Shown here one piece after another: positions 41,225-50,043 of a stretch of 64,000 nt of DNA (its first letter is position 1; every line of letters begins with the position of its first letter). The position numbers and the translations under genes were made by a program. The notes under the pieces were generated by a model, which was given only the letters and a program-made list of their open reading frames with translations, did not search any database and was not told the DNA's origin. The DNA lies in the IMG/VR virus record IMGVR_UViG_3300035670_000139. One strand, written 5' to 3'. The DNA comes from a virus (taxonomy: Duplodnaviria; Heunggongvirae; Uroviricota; Caudoviricetes).

Positions 41225-41393
41225 ATTTATAAGAAATAATATATTAAATGGAATAAGAGTCTAAAGGATATTTTTGTAAAAGTCAAATATTTTTTCTTGA
41301 CTTTGCGTAATAAACAACACAAACTTTAAGAACTTTTAAAAATGCGTCAAACAAGAAATTCTTTGTTAATTATTTCATATTTTTTATTGCTAT

Positions 41394-43187
41394 ATGTCAA
41401 AATATTATATAGATTATAATAGAAACAAAAATTTTACAACTTTTGGTTTAACAACTTTAAAAGATAGGTATCTAAGTTTGAAATCTAATACATCCAATGA
41501 AAAAGAAGACCCTCAAGAAATGTTTGCAAGAATAGCAAGTGCTTATGCAGATGACATAGAACATGAGGTTAGATTGTATAATTACATGTCTAATTTTTGG
41601 TTTATGCCAGCAACCCCTATTTTAACTAACGCAGGAACCACTAGGGGATTGCCAATATCTTGTTTTTTAAATGAAGTGCAAGATAATATTAATGGCATTG
41701 CAAAAACATACAATGAAAATATTTATTTAGCTTCAAGTGGTGGTGGAATTGGAACTAATTGGAGTAATGTTAGAGGTATTGGGGAGCAAATTGTCAATAA
41801 AGGTAATAGTTCTGGCATTATGCCGTTTTTAAAAGTAGCAGATTCAATGTCTTTAGCTATTAGTCAAGGTGGCATTAGAAGAGGTTCTTCTGCTCAATAT
41901 TTGCATATATCTCACCCTGAAATTGAAGAATTTATTGATGTAAGAAGACCAACTGGGGATAACAATAGAAGGTCTTTAAATATACATCATGGGATTGTAA
42001 TACCTGACGAGTTTATGCAAAAAGTAAAAAATGGTGAAATGTGGCAGTTAAAAAGCCCTAAAACTGGTAAAATTGTAAGCGAGGTGTCGGCACAAGAGTT
42101 GTGGATTAAAATACTTACTGCAAGGGTAGAAACTGGTGAGCCTTACTTATTATTTATTGATAATGTAAATAAATATACACCAGAACATCATAAAAAACTT
42201 GGGTTAAGTGTAAAAACAAGTAATCTTTGTAGTGAAATTACTTTGCCGACTGGTATAGACCATTTAGGTAAAGAAAGAACGGCAGTATGTTGTTTATCTT
42301 CAGTAAATTTAATACATTATAAAGATTGGGAAAATGATATAAACTTTATACCAGACATTATGCGTTTTTTAGATAATGTGTTAGAAGATTTTATTAATAA
42401 AGCACCAAATGAAATAGAAAGGGCAAAATATTCTGCAATGAGAGAACGAAGTGTTGGTTTAGGTGTAATGGGTTTTCATTCTTTTTTACAATCTCAAAAT
42501 GTGCCTTTTGAAGGAGTAATGGCTCAATCTTGGAATAAAAGAATATTTAAGCATTTAAAAACAGAATGTGACAAAATATCTAAAAAATTAGCAATTGAAA
42601 AAGGCTCTTGCCCTGATGCAAAAGATGCTGGTATTATAGAAAGATTTTCTTATAAAATTGCAATTGCCCCAACTGCAAATATTTCAAATATTTGTGGCGA
42701 GGCTAGTCCAGGTATAGAACCTTCAGCAGCAAATGTTTTTACACAAAAAACTCTTAGTGGATCATTTACTATTAAAAATAAATATTTACAAAATTTATTA
42801 CAATCTAAAGGATATAACACGGAAGAAATTTGGTCTAGTATTGCTACACAAGAAGGCTCTGTGCAGCATTTAGACTTTTTAACACCAATAGAAAAAGAGG
42901 TATTTAAAACTGCTTTTGAGTTAAATCAAGAATGGATAATAGAACATGCAGCAGATAGAACACCTTTTGTTTGTCAAGCTCAATCAGTAAATTTATTTTT
43001 ACTATCCGATGTATCTAAAAAAGTATTAAATGCAATACACTTTAATGCTTGGAAAAAAGGCGTTAAAAGTTTATATTATTGTCGCAGTAGGTCAAAACAA
43101 AGGGCAGATAAAGTAAGTCAAAAAATTACAACAAATAATTTGAATATCAATGAAAATAAATACGAAGAATGTTTAGCTTGCCAGTGA
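41394..43187 (+). CDS. Ribonucleotide reductase catalytic (alpha) subunit
   Basis: PATPILTNAGT, LPISCFLNEV, active-site SNLCSEI (N-x-C-x-E) and a C-terminal Cys pair (ECLACQ). 597 aa without an ATP cone. No beta subunit in the window, which is compatible with class II, but the class cannot be called from sequence alone. Confidence 0.85.
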   Translation: MSKYYIDYNRNKNFTTFGLTTLKDRYLSLKSNTSNEKEDPQEMFARIASAYADDIEHEVRLYNYMSNFWFMPATPILTNAGTTRGLPISCFLNEVQDNINGIAKTYNENIYLASSGGGIGTNWSNVRGIGEQIVNKGNSSGIMPFLKVADSMSLAISQGGIRRGSSAQYLHISHPEIEEFIDVRRPTGDNNRRSLNIHHGIVIPDEFMQKVKNGEMWQLKSPKTGKIVSEVSAQELWIKILTARVETGEPYLLFIDNVNKYTPEHHKKLGLSVKTSNLCSEITLPTGIDHLGKERTAVCCLSSVNLIHYKDWENDINFIPDIMRFLDNVLEDFINKAPNEIERAKYSAMRERSVGLGVMGFHSFLQSQNVPFEGVMAQSWNKRIFKHLKTECDKISKKLAIEKGSCPDAKDAGIIERFSYKIAIAPTANISNICGEASPGIEPSAANVFTQKTLSGSFTIKNKYLQNLLQSKGYNTEEIWSSIATQEGSVQHLDFLTPIEKEVFKTAFELNQEWIIEHAADRTPFVCQAQSVNLFLLSDVSKKVLNAIHFNAWKKGVKSLYYCRSRSKQRADKVSQKITTNNLNINENKYEECLACQ

Positions 43188-43289
43188 ATCACCCAACCGC
43201 TAAAGACGATGCGGTTTTACGGATTAGGAAATAAAGTGTGAATCACCCAACCGCTAAAGACGATTGGGCTTCAAGGTTCGTAGCTTTGT

Positions 43290-44450
43290 CTATTGACAAC
43301 AGCTCCCCTCGCTTTTAACGACCATTCCAGCCGCTATGTTTAGACCTTGTCGCAAAATATTTCTACTTGCAAGTAGGTCTCTGTTATGTGTTGTTTCACA
43401 ATTGTCACAAGTCCACTCTCTATCTTTTAAAGTTAGACTTTGATTAATTGTGCCACACACATCGCACATTCTACTTGATGGAAAAAATCTATCAATTATT
43501 ACTAATTGACGACCTTTCCATTTGCACTTATATTTAAGTTGTCGCTTAAATTCGTGCCAACTAACATCCGATATAGCTTGTGCCAATTTATGATTTTTAA
43601 TCATATTAGACACGGCTAAATCTTCCAAACAAATAATTTGGTTTTCATTACTTATTTGGTTTGTTATTTTGTGTAAATAATCTTTTCTGATATTAGAAAT
43701 TTTTAAATGGTATTTTGCAAGTTTTAATTGTCTTTTTTTTCTTATACCGCTACTTTTATTTGATTTACTTAATTGTCTTTGTAAATATTTAAGTTTTTTC
43801 ATTTTGCGTTTTAATGGTTTAATATTTTCATATACCACACCATTGGAGCAAGTTGCAAAATCTTTTATACCTAAATCAATACCTATTGCTTTTTGTAAGT
43901 TATCTAAAGTTTTAACTTCCTTTTCAACAATAATAGAAACATAATATTGATTATTACAATTTTTTGATATAGTAGCAACAACAAATTTGCCATCTAATTT
44001 TCTATGCTCTTTTACTTTTATGCCATTTTTAAACTTTGGAAAATATATTTTATTATTTTCTAGTTTAAAAAATTGCGGAATTGTAAAGCTCTGTTTGTTA
44101 TTTTTATTTTTAAATTTTGGAAATTGATGTGTTTTTCTAAAAAACATTTTGTAACTGCTATCAAGATGTTTTAAAGTTGCTTGTAAAGACTGTGCATTGC
44201 ATTCATTTAACCATTGAAATCCATCTTGTTTTTTTAGCTTGGTTAAATCTTTTGAGTTATCGTAGTAATTTAAACATCCTTTTATTCTTTTAGCTTCAAT
44301 GTTCTCTTTATTATTAATGTAATATTCTTTTCTTTGATTTAAAAAATAGTTCCAAACAAATCTACAACTGCCAAAGTGTTTTGCAAGTAATATTTTTTGC
44401 TCTGCGTTTGGATATATCCTAAACTTATAAGCCATATTTATTACTTGCAT
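43290..44450 (-). CDS. tnpB: TnpB (OMEGA RNA-guided nuclease, RuvC-like plus zinc finger)
   Basis: RuvC-I GIDLGIKDFATCSNG, zinc finger CDVCGTINQ...CDNCETT, and RuvC-III HNRDLLASRNI (D.NAA.NI-like). The catalytic residues appear intact. Confidence 0.85.
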   Translation of the reverse strand: MQVINMAYKFRIYPNAEQKILLAKHFGSCRFVWNYFLNQRKEYYINNKENIEAKRIKGCLNYYDNSKDLTKLKKQDGFQWLNECNAQSLQATLKHLDSSYKMFFRKTHQFPKFKNKNNKQSFTIPQFFKLENNKIYFPKFKNGIKVKEHRKLDGKFVVATISKNCNNQYYVSIIVEKEVKTLDNLQKAIGIDLGIKDFATCSNGVVYENIKPLKRKMKKLKYLQRQLSKSNKSSGIRKKRQLKLAKYHLKISNIRKDYLHKITNQISNENQIICLEDLAVSNMIKNHKLAQAISDVSWHEFKRQLKYKCKWKGRQLVIIDRFFPSSRMCDVCGTINQSLTLKDREWTCDNCETTHNRDLLASRNILRQGLNIAAGMVVKSEGSCCQ

Positions 44451-44500
44451 TTTGTTTTATTATCAATACTATACTATAATTGTAATTTGTATAATTTAAA

Positions 44501-44902
44501 ATGTCAAGTAATATTTCAAAAAATCGTAAAAAATATTTATTAAAAATACATTTAATTTTTGCGTGCAAATATCGTAAAAAATTATTAATTAATCCAATTG
44601 ATAAAGATATTAAGCAGATTATGCTAATAATATCTTCAATATCAGATTTTAAGATTGATATAATGGAAACTGATCAAGACCATATACATCTTTTACTTAA
44701 TATATCACCAAATTATTCAATTAGCAGTATAGTTAATCGTTTAAAATCTATTTCAACAAATATGATATGGAAAAAACATCACAATCTGTTAGTAAAACAT
44801 TTTTGGAAAGAAAAAACATTTTGGAGTGATGGATATTTTGTTAATTCTATTGGCAATGCAAACTTGGAAACAGTAAGACATTATATTGAAAATCAAGGTT
44901 AA
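44501..44902 (+). CDS. tnpA: IS200/IS605 HuH tyrosine transposase TnpA
   Basis: HuH motif HIHLLL and a catalytic Tyr in WSDGYFVNSIG. 133 aa. Confidence 0.9.
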   Translation: MSSNISKNRKKYLLKIHLIFACKYRKKLLINPIDKDIKQIMLIISSISDFKIDIMETDQDHIHLLLNISPNYSISSIVNRLKSISTNMIWKKHHNLLVKHFWKEKTFWSDGYFVNSIGNANLETVRHYIENQG

Positions 44903-45002
44903 AATCCTTACATCCGCACCGCTAAAGACGATGAGGTTTTACGGATTAGGATATAAATATAGTGTTTGAACTACCAAAGAAATTTTGGTAGTTAAATGAA
45001 TA

Positions 45003-45455
45003 TTAAACCCCAGTAGAACCAAATCCACCCTCACCTCTTGCGGTTTCTTCTAAATCTTTAACTTCTTGAATATGTGCTTTTACAACAGGGCAAAAAACAC
45101 CCTGTGCAATTCTTGCATTTGGTTCAACAATATAATCTTGCTTACCAAGATTATATAAAATTACTTTAATTTCACCTCTATAATCACTATCTATCGTGCC
45201 TGGCGAGTTTAAAACAACTATTTGATTTTTAAAAGCAAGACCAGAGCGAGAGCGGATTTGTAATTCGTATTGATTAGTAAATTCACTTGATAAGCCTGTT
45301 GGAATTAAAGCAACCTCGTTTGGTTTAATAGTAATAGACTTTTCAATACAAGCTTGTAAATCAAAACCAGCACTTCCTTCGGTTTGGTATTGTGGTAAAG
45401 TTGCCTTGTCGTTTAGCTTTTTAAAAGATAAAGTGTGAAAATGTGTGTTAAACAT
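45003..45455 (-). CDS. dut: dUTP diphosphatase (trimeric dUTPase)
   Basis: All five dUTPase motifs: SAGFDLQA, IRSRSGLA, GTIDSDYRGEI, RIAQ, RGEGGFGSTG. Confidence 0.9.
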   Translation of the reverse strand: MFNTHFHTLSFKKLNDKATLPQYQTEGSAGFDLQACIEKSITIKPNEVALIPTGLSSEFTNQYELQIRSRSGLAFKNQIVVLNSPGTIDSDYRGEIKVILYNLGKQDYIVEPNARIAQGVFCPVVKAHIQEVKDLEETARGEGGFGSTGV

Positions 45456-45474
45456 AATTAATAAATAAAAAATA

Positions 45475-45759
45475 TTAAATTTTGTATGCCTTTATTAAAA
45501 AATCTTCTACCTGTTTGTATATTAACTTGTATATAATACCACTATCACCGTATGGCATAGCAAAAATATTTTCAATTTGAATTTTTAAATCTTCTTCATT
45601 TGAATCTACATCATAATCTTTAAAATTTTCTAACATCATTTCTACATGTTCCATTGATTTACTAGTGTGATAAAGTCCTAATAGATTTATAGAATATTGT
45701 TCCGCTCGTGTTGAAAGCAACATTTCTTTTCCACGCACATTGATTTTTACATCGTTCAT
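45475..45759 (-). CDS. Hypothetical protein
   Basis: 94-aa ORF. Confidence 0.4.
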   Translation of the reverse strand: MNDVKINVRGKEMLLSTRAEQYSINLLGLYHTSKSMEHVEMMLENFKDYDVDSNEEDLKIQIENIFAMPYGDSGIIYKLIYKQVEDFLIKAYKI

Positions 45760-45937
45760 ATTTTAACAAAAAATAAAATAAACAAAAAGAGATTATAAGA
45801 TATATTATATTATTTGATAATATTAAATAGTCAAGTTATTTTTAACATTATTTTACTTGACTTTTAATACTATTAAATAGAAAATAACATTAGAAAGGTT
45901 TTCAACTGCCTTTCTACCTCCTTTAATGACTTGTTTC

Positions 45938-45957
45938 TCCCCCAAGTAATTGGGGGA
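45938..45957 (+). promoter_or_regulatory. GC-rich hairpin with GNRA (GUAA) tetraloop in the 5' leader of the SSB-like gene
   Basis: TCCCCCAA-GTAA-TTGGGGGA: a perfect 8-bp stem, which stands out in ~28% GC DNA. It lies 27 nt upstream of the ATG at 45984 and downstream of a TTGACT promoter-like element (~45857). Confidence 0.4.
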
Positions 45958-45983
45958 CATTAATAAAGTTTGTAATAAATAAT

Positions 45984-46328
45984 ATGATAAATGAATTAAA
46001 ATTTTTTGGTAAATTAGATAAAAAAGAAATTAAAAATACTAACAACAAAGAATATATTGTTTTTAGCCTTACGCAAAAAGAGATAAAAGAATATAATGGT
46101 AATGTAACAGAAAAAGATATTACAATAGATAAATTCCAAGCTTGGAATGCTACTATTATTAATAACTTAAAAAGTAGCAATGTTGGCGATGAAATAGAAA
46201 TTGTAGCTAAAATAACTTCATATAAAAATGATAAAGGTTATATTAACAATTCTTTCCAAGTTTTAAAATTAGAAGTAAAAAAAACTAACGCAACTCAATC
46301 AGTTGAGGATGAAGAAATTCCTTTTTAG
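45984..46328 (+). CDS. Possible single-stranded DNA-binding protein (OB fold)
   Basis: 114 aa. The pattern FFGKL..KE...YIVFSLTQKE......DKFQAWNATIINNLKSSNVGDEIEIVAKITSYKNDKG is reminiscent of SSB core strands. Weak. Confidence 0.3.
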   Translation: MINELKFFGKLDKKEIKNTNNKEYIVFSLTQKEIKEYNGNVTEKDITIDKFQAWNATIINNLKSSNVGDEIEIVAKITSYKNDKGYINNSFQVLKLEVKKTNATQSVEDEEIPF

Positions 46329-46375
46329 TTATTTAAAGTTCTTTTTTAATTATTTAATTATTTATTTTATTTTAT

Positions 46376-47194
46376 ATGGATTATCGTGATAGACCACAAC
46401 TTCAACTAAAGCATATTGCTATAGGCATTATAGGTATTGTTGCAGTCTCAACTCTTATAGGTAGTTTTAAAATCATTAAAACCTCTCAAGTTGGTATTAA
46501 ATCAAGATTTGGCTTAGTATCTAACAATATTTTAGAAGAGGGATTTCATTTTAAAATACCTTTTGTTGATAGTATTGAAAAAATATCACTTAAGCAACAT
46601 CAAGAAAATTTTACAATAGAAAATACACAAACAAAAGATTTGCAGCCAGTTAGCGTATCATATAAAGTTATCTATTCTATACCTGCAAGTAAAGTGATAT
46701 ACAATAAAAAAAGCTTAAATGGGGATATTTTTGAAGTATTGATAAAACCAAGAGCAAATGAAACTATTATGAATGTGTTAGCAACTTATCCAGCTGAGGA
46801 TTTAATAAGTAATCGTGATGCCGTAATATCAATGGTAAAAAAGAAATTAGCAGAAAGAGTAACGGAGCACGCTAATATTGATGATATTTCTATTACAGAT
46901 TATCAGTTCCAAGATACGAGGTTTACAGCGGCAGTGCAAAATAAAGTTGTTGCTAAACAAAACGCTCAATCAGCGGAAATTAAAAAACAACAAGCACAAG
47001 CCGAAGCAGACCAAATATTAATTAAAGCAAAAGCAGATGCGGAATCTATTAAAATTAAAGCAAATGCCCTTTCCAATAATCCAAAGTTAGTTGATTTAAC
47101 AATTGCTGAAAAATGGGATGGTAAAGCCCCTACAAGTGTTGTAATTACTGGCGGCAATCCAAGTAATTTAATTTTACCTATTAAGTCTAATTAG
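46376..47194 (+). CDS. SPFH/band-7 (stomatin/prohibitin/HflKC-like) membrane protein
   Basis: N-terminal TM segment, then QVGIKSRFGLVSNNILEEGFHFKIPFVDSIEKISLKQ (SPFH signature), then a coiled coil (AKQNAQSAEIKKQQAQAEADQILIKAKADAESIKIKA). Confidence 0.6.
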   Translation: MDYRDRPQLQLKHIAIGIIGIVAVSTLIGSFKIIKTSQVGIKSRFGLVSNNILEEGFHFKIPFVDSIEKISLKQHQENFTIENTQTKDLQPVSVSYKVIYSIPASKVIYNKKSLNGDIFEVLIKPRANETIMNVLATYPAEDLISNRDAVISMVKKKLAERVTEHANIDDISITDYQFQDTRFTAAVQNKVVAKQNAQSAEIKKQQAQAEADQILIKAKADAESIKIKANALSNNPKLVDLTIAEKWDGKAPTSVVITGGNPSNLILPIKSN

Positions 47195-47211
47195 TTATTA
47201 ATTTTAACAAT

Positions 47212-47634
47212 ATGCAAAAACCATCTTATTATGCAAAACTTGCAATAGACCCGCTTGAATATGCTTACAAAAATAAATTAAATCCATACCAATTTAATGC
47301 AATTAAATACATTACTCGCTACAAAGATAAAAATGGTATAGAAGATTTACAAAAAGCAATACATTGCTTAGAAGAGTTTAAAGAAATACTATGTCAAAAC
47401 AATACAAATCCAACAGTTAGTGAAGTTAGTGCAGAAGTTAAGTTTGCAATAGACCCTTTTGAATACGCTTATAAAAATAAACTAAATGAATATGAGGTGA
47501 ATGCTATTGGATATATAACTTACTCTGCTCTGGAAAAAGCAATAACTATTTTACAGAAATACTCCGCTCTAGAAAAAGCAATAACTATTTTACAGAAATT
47601 AATTCAAATTGAAACAGAAAATCAAAAACTATAA
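47212..47634 (+). CDS. DUF3310-like phage protein with internal duplications
   Basis: AIDPLEYAYKNKLNPYQFNAIKYITRYKDKNGIEDLQKAIHCLEEF matches the DUF3310 pattern. The motif repeats (AIDPFEYAYKNKLNEYEVNAIGYIT), and a 39-bp tandem duplicate at 47521-47598 (YSALEKAITILQK x2) follows. Confidence 0.5.
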   Translation: MQKPSYYAKLAIDPLEYAYKNKLNPYQFNAIKYITRYKDKNGIEDLQKAIHCLEEFKEILCQNNTNPTVSEVSAEVKFAIDPFEYAYKNKLNEYEVNAIGYITYSALEKAITILQKYSALEKAITILQKLIQIETENQKL

Positions 47635-47636
47635 CA

Positions 47637-47897
47637 ATGGACACCAAGACGATAAACAATCGATGGAGATATCGTAGACGGATAGCAATCACATCCGCTA
47701 TCTTTTTGTTTTTACTTGAGATTGTTGCTATTGCTAAATTAATATCTTTGCCTTTTGACAAACTTACAATGGAGCATGTGATTTTCTTTGTTATAGCAAC
47801 AATACCACTTCTTGCTATTGTATTAGTTTATTTCATTGCATCAACTTTTGATGATGTTAAGGTGTTTTTGATTGATAGATTAAAACACAAAGATTAA
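47637..47897 (+). CDS. Small membrane protein
   Basis: 86 aa with two TM helices. Confidence 0.4.
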   Translation: MDTKTINNRWRYRRRIAITSAIFLFLLEIVAIAKLISLPFDKLTMEHVIFFVIATIPLLAIVLVYFIASTFDDVKVFLIDRLKHKD

Positions 47898-49000
47898 CTA
47901 TGGGCAGCTTTGTATAACATATCGTAGTGGTCTTCAAAAAAAGCATCCTTACCCATTTTTAAAGCATCCCAAGCTTCAATCCACTCAACACTACTTGCAT
48001 CATCTCCAGCTTTTACTGCATTAATATCATAGTCTTTTGGTAATAATGTAGTATAGAGTGTTGTAATTACTCTACCACGACGACTACGATTTGGGTTGTC
48101 AAAATTGCAGAATAACCGCACATGTAGACGATCAGCTATAACTAACCCAGTCTCTTCTTTTAACTCACGCAAAGCACATTCTTTTAATGTTTCATTTTGA
48201 TTAACAAACCCACCTGGTAAAGCATAAAGTCCTTTGCCAGGTGTTTTACCCCTTTTAATTAATAATACTTTACATTCGTAATTATGGTATTGAAATACTG
48301 CAATATCAGCAGTGTGCTCTATGCGAGGATATTGCTTAACTTCTTCTTGATAGTTTGCATAATAGACATCGTCCTCAGTAATTAAACCTGCCTCAATGTA
48401 TTTTTTTTGCATTTCAAGATAGTCATTCATAGAAAGCCAAAAACAAATGTATTTTTTTTGCATTTCAAGGTAATCATCCATAGAAAACCAAAACCACGAG
48501 TATTGTTTAAAAACTGGCGTATTTGTAAAAAATTCTTTTCTTTTATCTTTTGCACTTATCACTTTACCATTTTCTAAATACGGCTCAACTTCAATCACAT
48601 TATCAAAGATTTTAGCATCTTTAATTAAGTCAATATAATTTGCTGTTTTATCATCTTTTTTGCAAGTAATTAAGTTAATTTGACTATCTTTATTGTTGTT
48701 TTTTATATCTTGTATTGTGTTTTTAATGCAATTTATCCATTCTGCGTCAGTGTCGCAATCTTGAACTGGTAATATTTCTTTTACCTTATTTGTTGGCCAT
48801 AAGCATTTACACAAAATTTTAATGTCTAACTCGTGTTTTCGCTCTTCAAAAGTAAATGGATTGCAAACATCTCTTGATTTATCAGCCGAACCAACTAAGA
48901 TATAAACTTCACTATAATTTTCACAAGCTTTTGCTATTAAAGCTAAATGCCCCTCGTGAACTAATTGAAATCTACCTAAAACGACATTAATAATTTTCAT
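47894..49000 (-). CDS. natV: Bifunctional NMN adenylyltransferase / Nudix hydrolase (NatV-like)
   Basis: N-terminal H-x-G-H nucleotidyltransferase motif (GRFQLVHEGHLAL). C-terminal Nudix box GKGLYALPGGFVNQNETLKECALRELKEETGL. A 17-aa in-frame tandem duplication lies in the linker (48397-48498). Confidence 0.8.
   Translation of the reverse strand: MKIINVVLGRFQLVHEGHLALIAKACENYSEVYILVGSADKSRDVCNPFTFEERKHELDIKILCKCLWPTNKVKEILPVQDCDTDAEWINCIKNTIQDIKNNNKDSQINLITCKKDDKTANYIDLIKDAKIFDNVIEVEPYLENGKVISAKDKRKEFFTNTPVFKQYSWFWFSMDDYLEMQKKYICFWLSMNDYLEMQKKYIEAGLITEDDVYYANYQEEVKQYPRIEHTADIAVFQYHNYECKVLLIKRGKTPGKGLYALPGGFVNQNETLKECALRELKEETGLVIADRLHVRLFCNFDNPNRSRRGRVITTLYTTLLPKDYDINAVKAGDDASSVEWIEAWDALKMGKDAFFEDHYDMLYKAAHS
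48397..48498 (-). repeat. 51-bp x2 in-frame tandem duplication inside natV
   Basis: atgtattttttttgcatttcaag[a/g]ta[g/a]tcat[t/c]catagaaa[g/a]ccaaaa.. repeated, encoding FSMDDYLEMQKKYICFW / LSMNDYLEMQKKYIEAG. Confidence 0.85.
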
Positions 49001-49028
49001 AGTTAAACAAAAAAATAAAAATAAAAAA

Positions 49029-50027
49029 CTATTCTAAAATATTTCGCATTGCAACGTTAATTGCATCACTGCGTAATATTTGTTGTAAATATTCCCGTTT
49101 ATCTGATTGTAAATATTCACACATCATTTTATATCCTGCACCTTCTAAACCATAAGTCTTTACTGGTTTAAACAATGAAAAATCATAACCCATATCGTGC
49201 ATTTTTAATATATTTAAAAGATTTTCCGAGTTTTGTTTAAAAATACTTTTCCATAATACTCTATTTGATTGACACAATCTAAATAAATTTTTTTGCAAAT
49301 ATTCGTGTTCTACCCAGTCTTGTGATATTTGCTGTAGGGCATTATTTAATTCAGTATCGTGTTCTTTATTAATTATATCATTTAATGCAAAACAAAATAA
49401 TTGTGGAAAGTGTGAAGTCCAAGCAACAATTTTATCGTGCAGTTTAAGTGTATCACAGGTTGAAGGTTGTATTGTAATTTGTGCATTTTCAACAATATCT
49501 TGCCACATTATAATCATTAAACAATATGGCATATAACAATATAAGCGGTCTATATTATTATATTTTGTAAAAATAACTGTATTCCCCCCTTTATGTAAAT
49601 CTGCTTTACTATTTATAAAACCTGTTTTTTCGCTACCTGCCATAATATGAACGGATGTAAAATTATTATTATCACACCATTTTGATATCCAATTTTTTAC
49701 TGAACTTACATCGCATACATGTAATGCTAAAGTAAATATTTGTAATTCAAACTCAAGATGTATTCTTACATTATCACTTGGAGGTGTTGCAACAATTGCA
49801 ATATCAAATAAATTTTCTTGAAAATCTGCAGGATTGTATTGTTTTGGCTCAATATCAATGCTTCTACAATAATTAATAAAACTTTCCATATTGTCTTCAG
49901 ACATATATGGGTCGTAAATTGTTACATCATAAACACGCTCACCTTCTTGATGTATTTCTGTTAATCTTTTAAAAATAGAGCCTCCAATTAAACCAATTCC
50001 AATAATTAAAACTTTTTGCATAATCAA
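49029..50027 (-). CDS. Prephenate/arogenate dehydrogenase (TyrA)-family NAD(P)-binding protein
   Basis: N-terminal Rossmann motif VLIIGIGLIGGSI. TyrA core motifs HIMAGSEKTG (HPMAGSE.sG) and LHDKIVAWTSHFPQL (HD..vA.vSHLPH). Confidence 0.55.
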   Translation of the reverse strand: MIMQKVLIIGIGLIGGSIFKRLTEIHQEGERVYDVTIYDPYMSEDNMESFINYCRSIDIEPKQYNPADFQENLFDIAIVATPPSDNVRIHLEFELQIFTLALHVCDVSSVKNWISKWCDNNNFTSVHIMAGSEKTGFINSKADLHKGGNTVIFTKYNNIDRLYCYMPYCLMIIMWQDIVENAQITIQPSTCDTLKLHDKIVAWTSHFPQLFCFALNDIINKEHDTELNNALQQISQDWVEHEYLQKNLFRLCQSNRVLWKSIFKQNSENLLNILKMHDMGYDFSLFKPVKTYGLEGAGYKMMCEYLQSDKREYLQQILRSDAINVAMRNILE

Positions 50028-50043
50028 AAATAAAAATAAAAAA

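Larger units (their letters stand above)
43185..44995 (-). mobile_element. IS200/IS605-family insertion sequence carrying tnpB and tnpA (divergent, IS605-like)
   Basis: TnpB (minus) and HuH TnpA (plus) are bounded by a 34-bp direct repeat ACCGCTAAAGACGATG[C/A]GGTTTTACGGATTAGGA at 43196-43229 and 44918-44951. A perfect 10-bp hairpin lies at 44969-44993. The GC-enriched tnpB 3' end and right end (43190-43330) are typical of an omegaRNA scaffold. Boundaries are approximate. Confidence 0.7.

Noticed and set aside
41225-41393. NrdR-box repressor sites upstream of the RNR gene
   Set aside because: No paired 16-bp palindromes resembling the NrdR box were found; only a weak TTGACT with a poor -10.
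41394-43187. Intein or homing-endonuclease insertion in the RNR gene
   Set aside because: The catalytic motifs occur at normal spacing for a compact (~600 aa) RNR, and there is no extra domain. The insertion at this gene is the IS605 element after the stop codon, not an intein.
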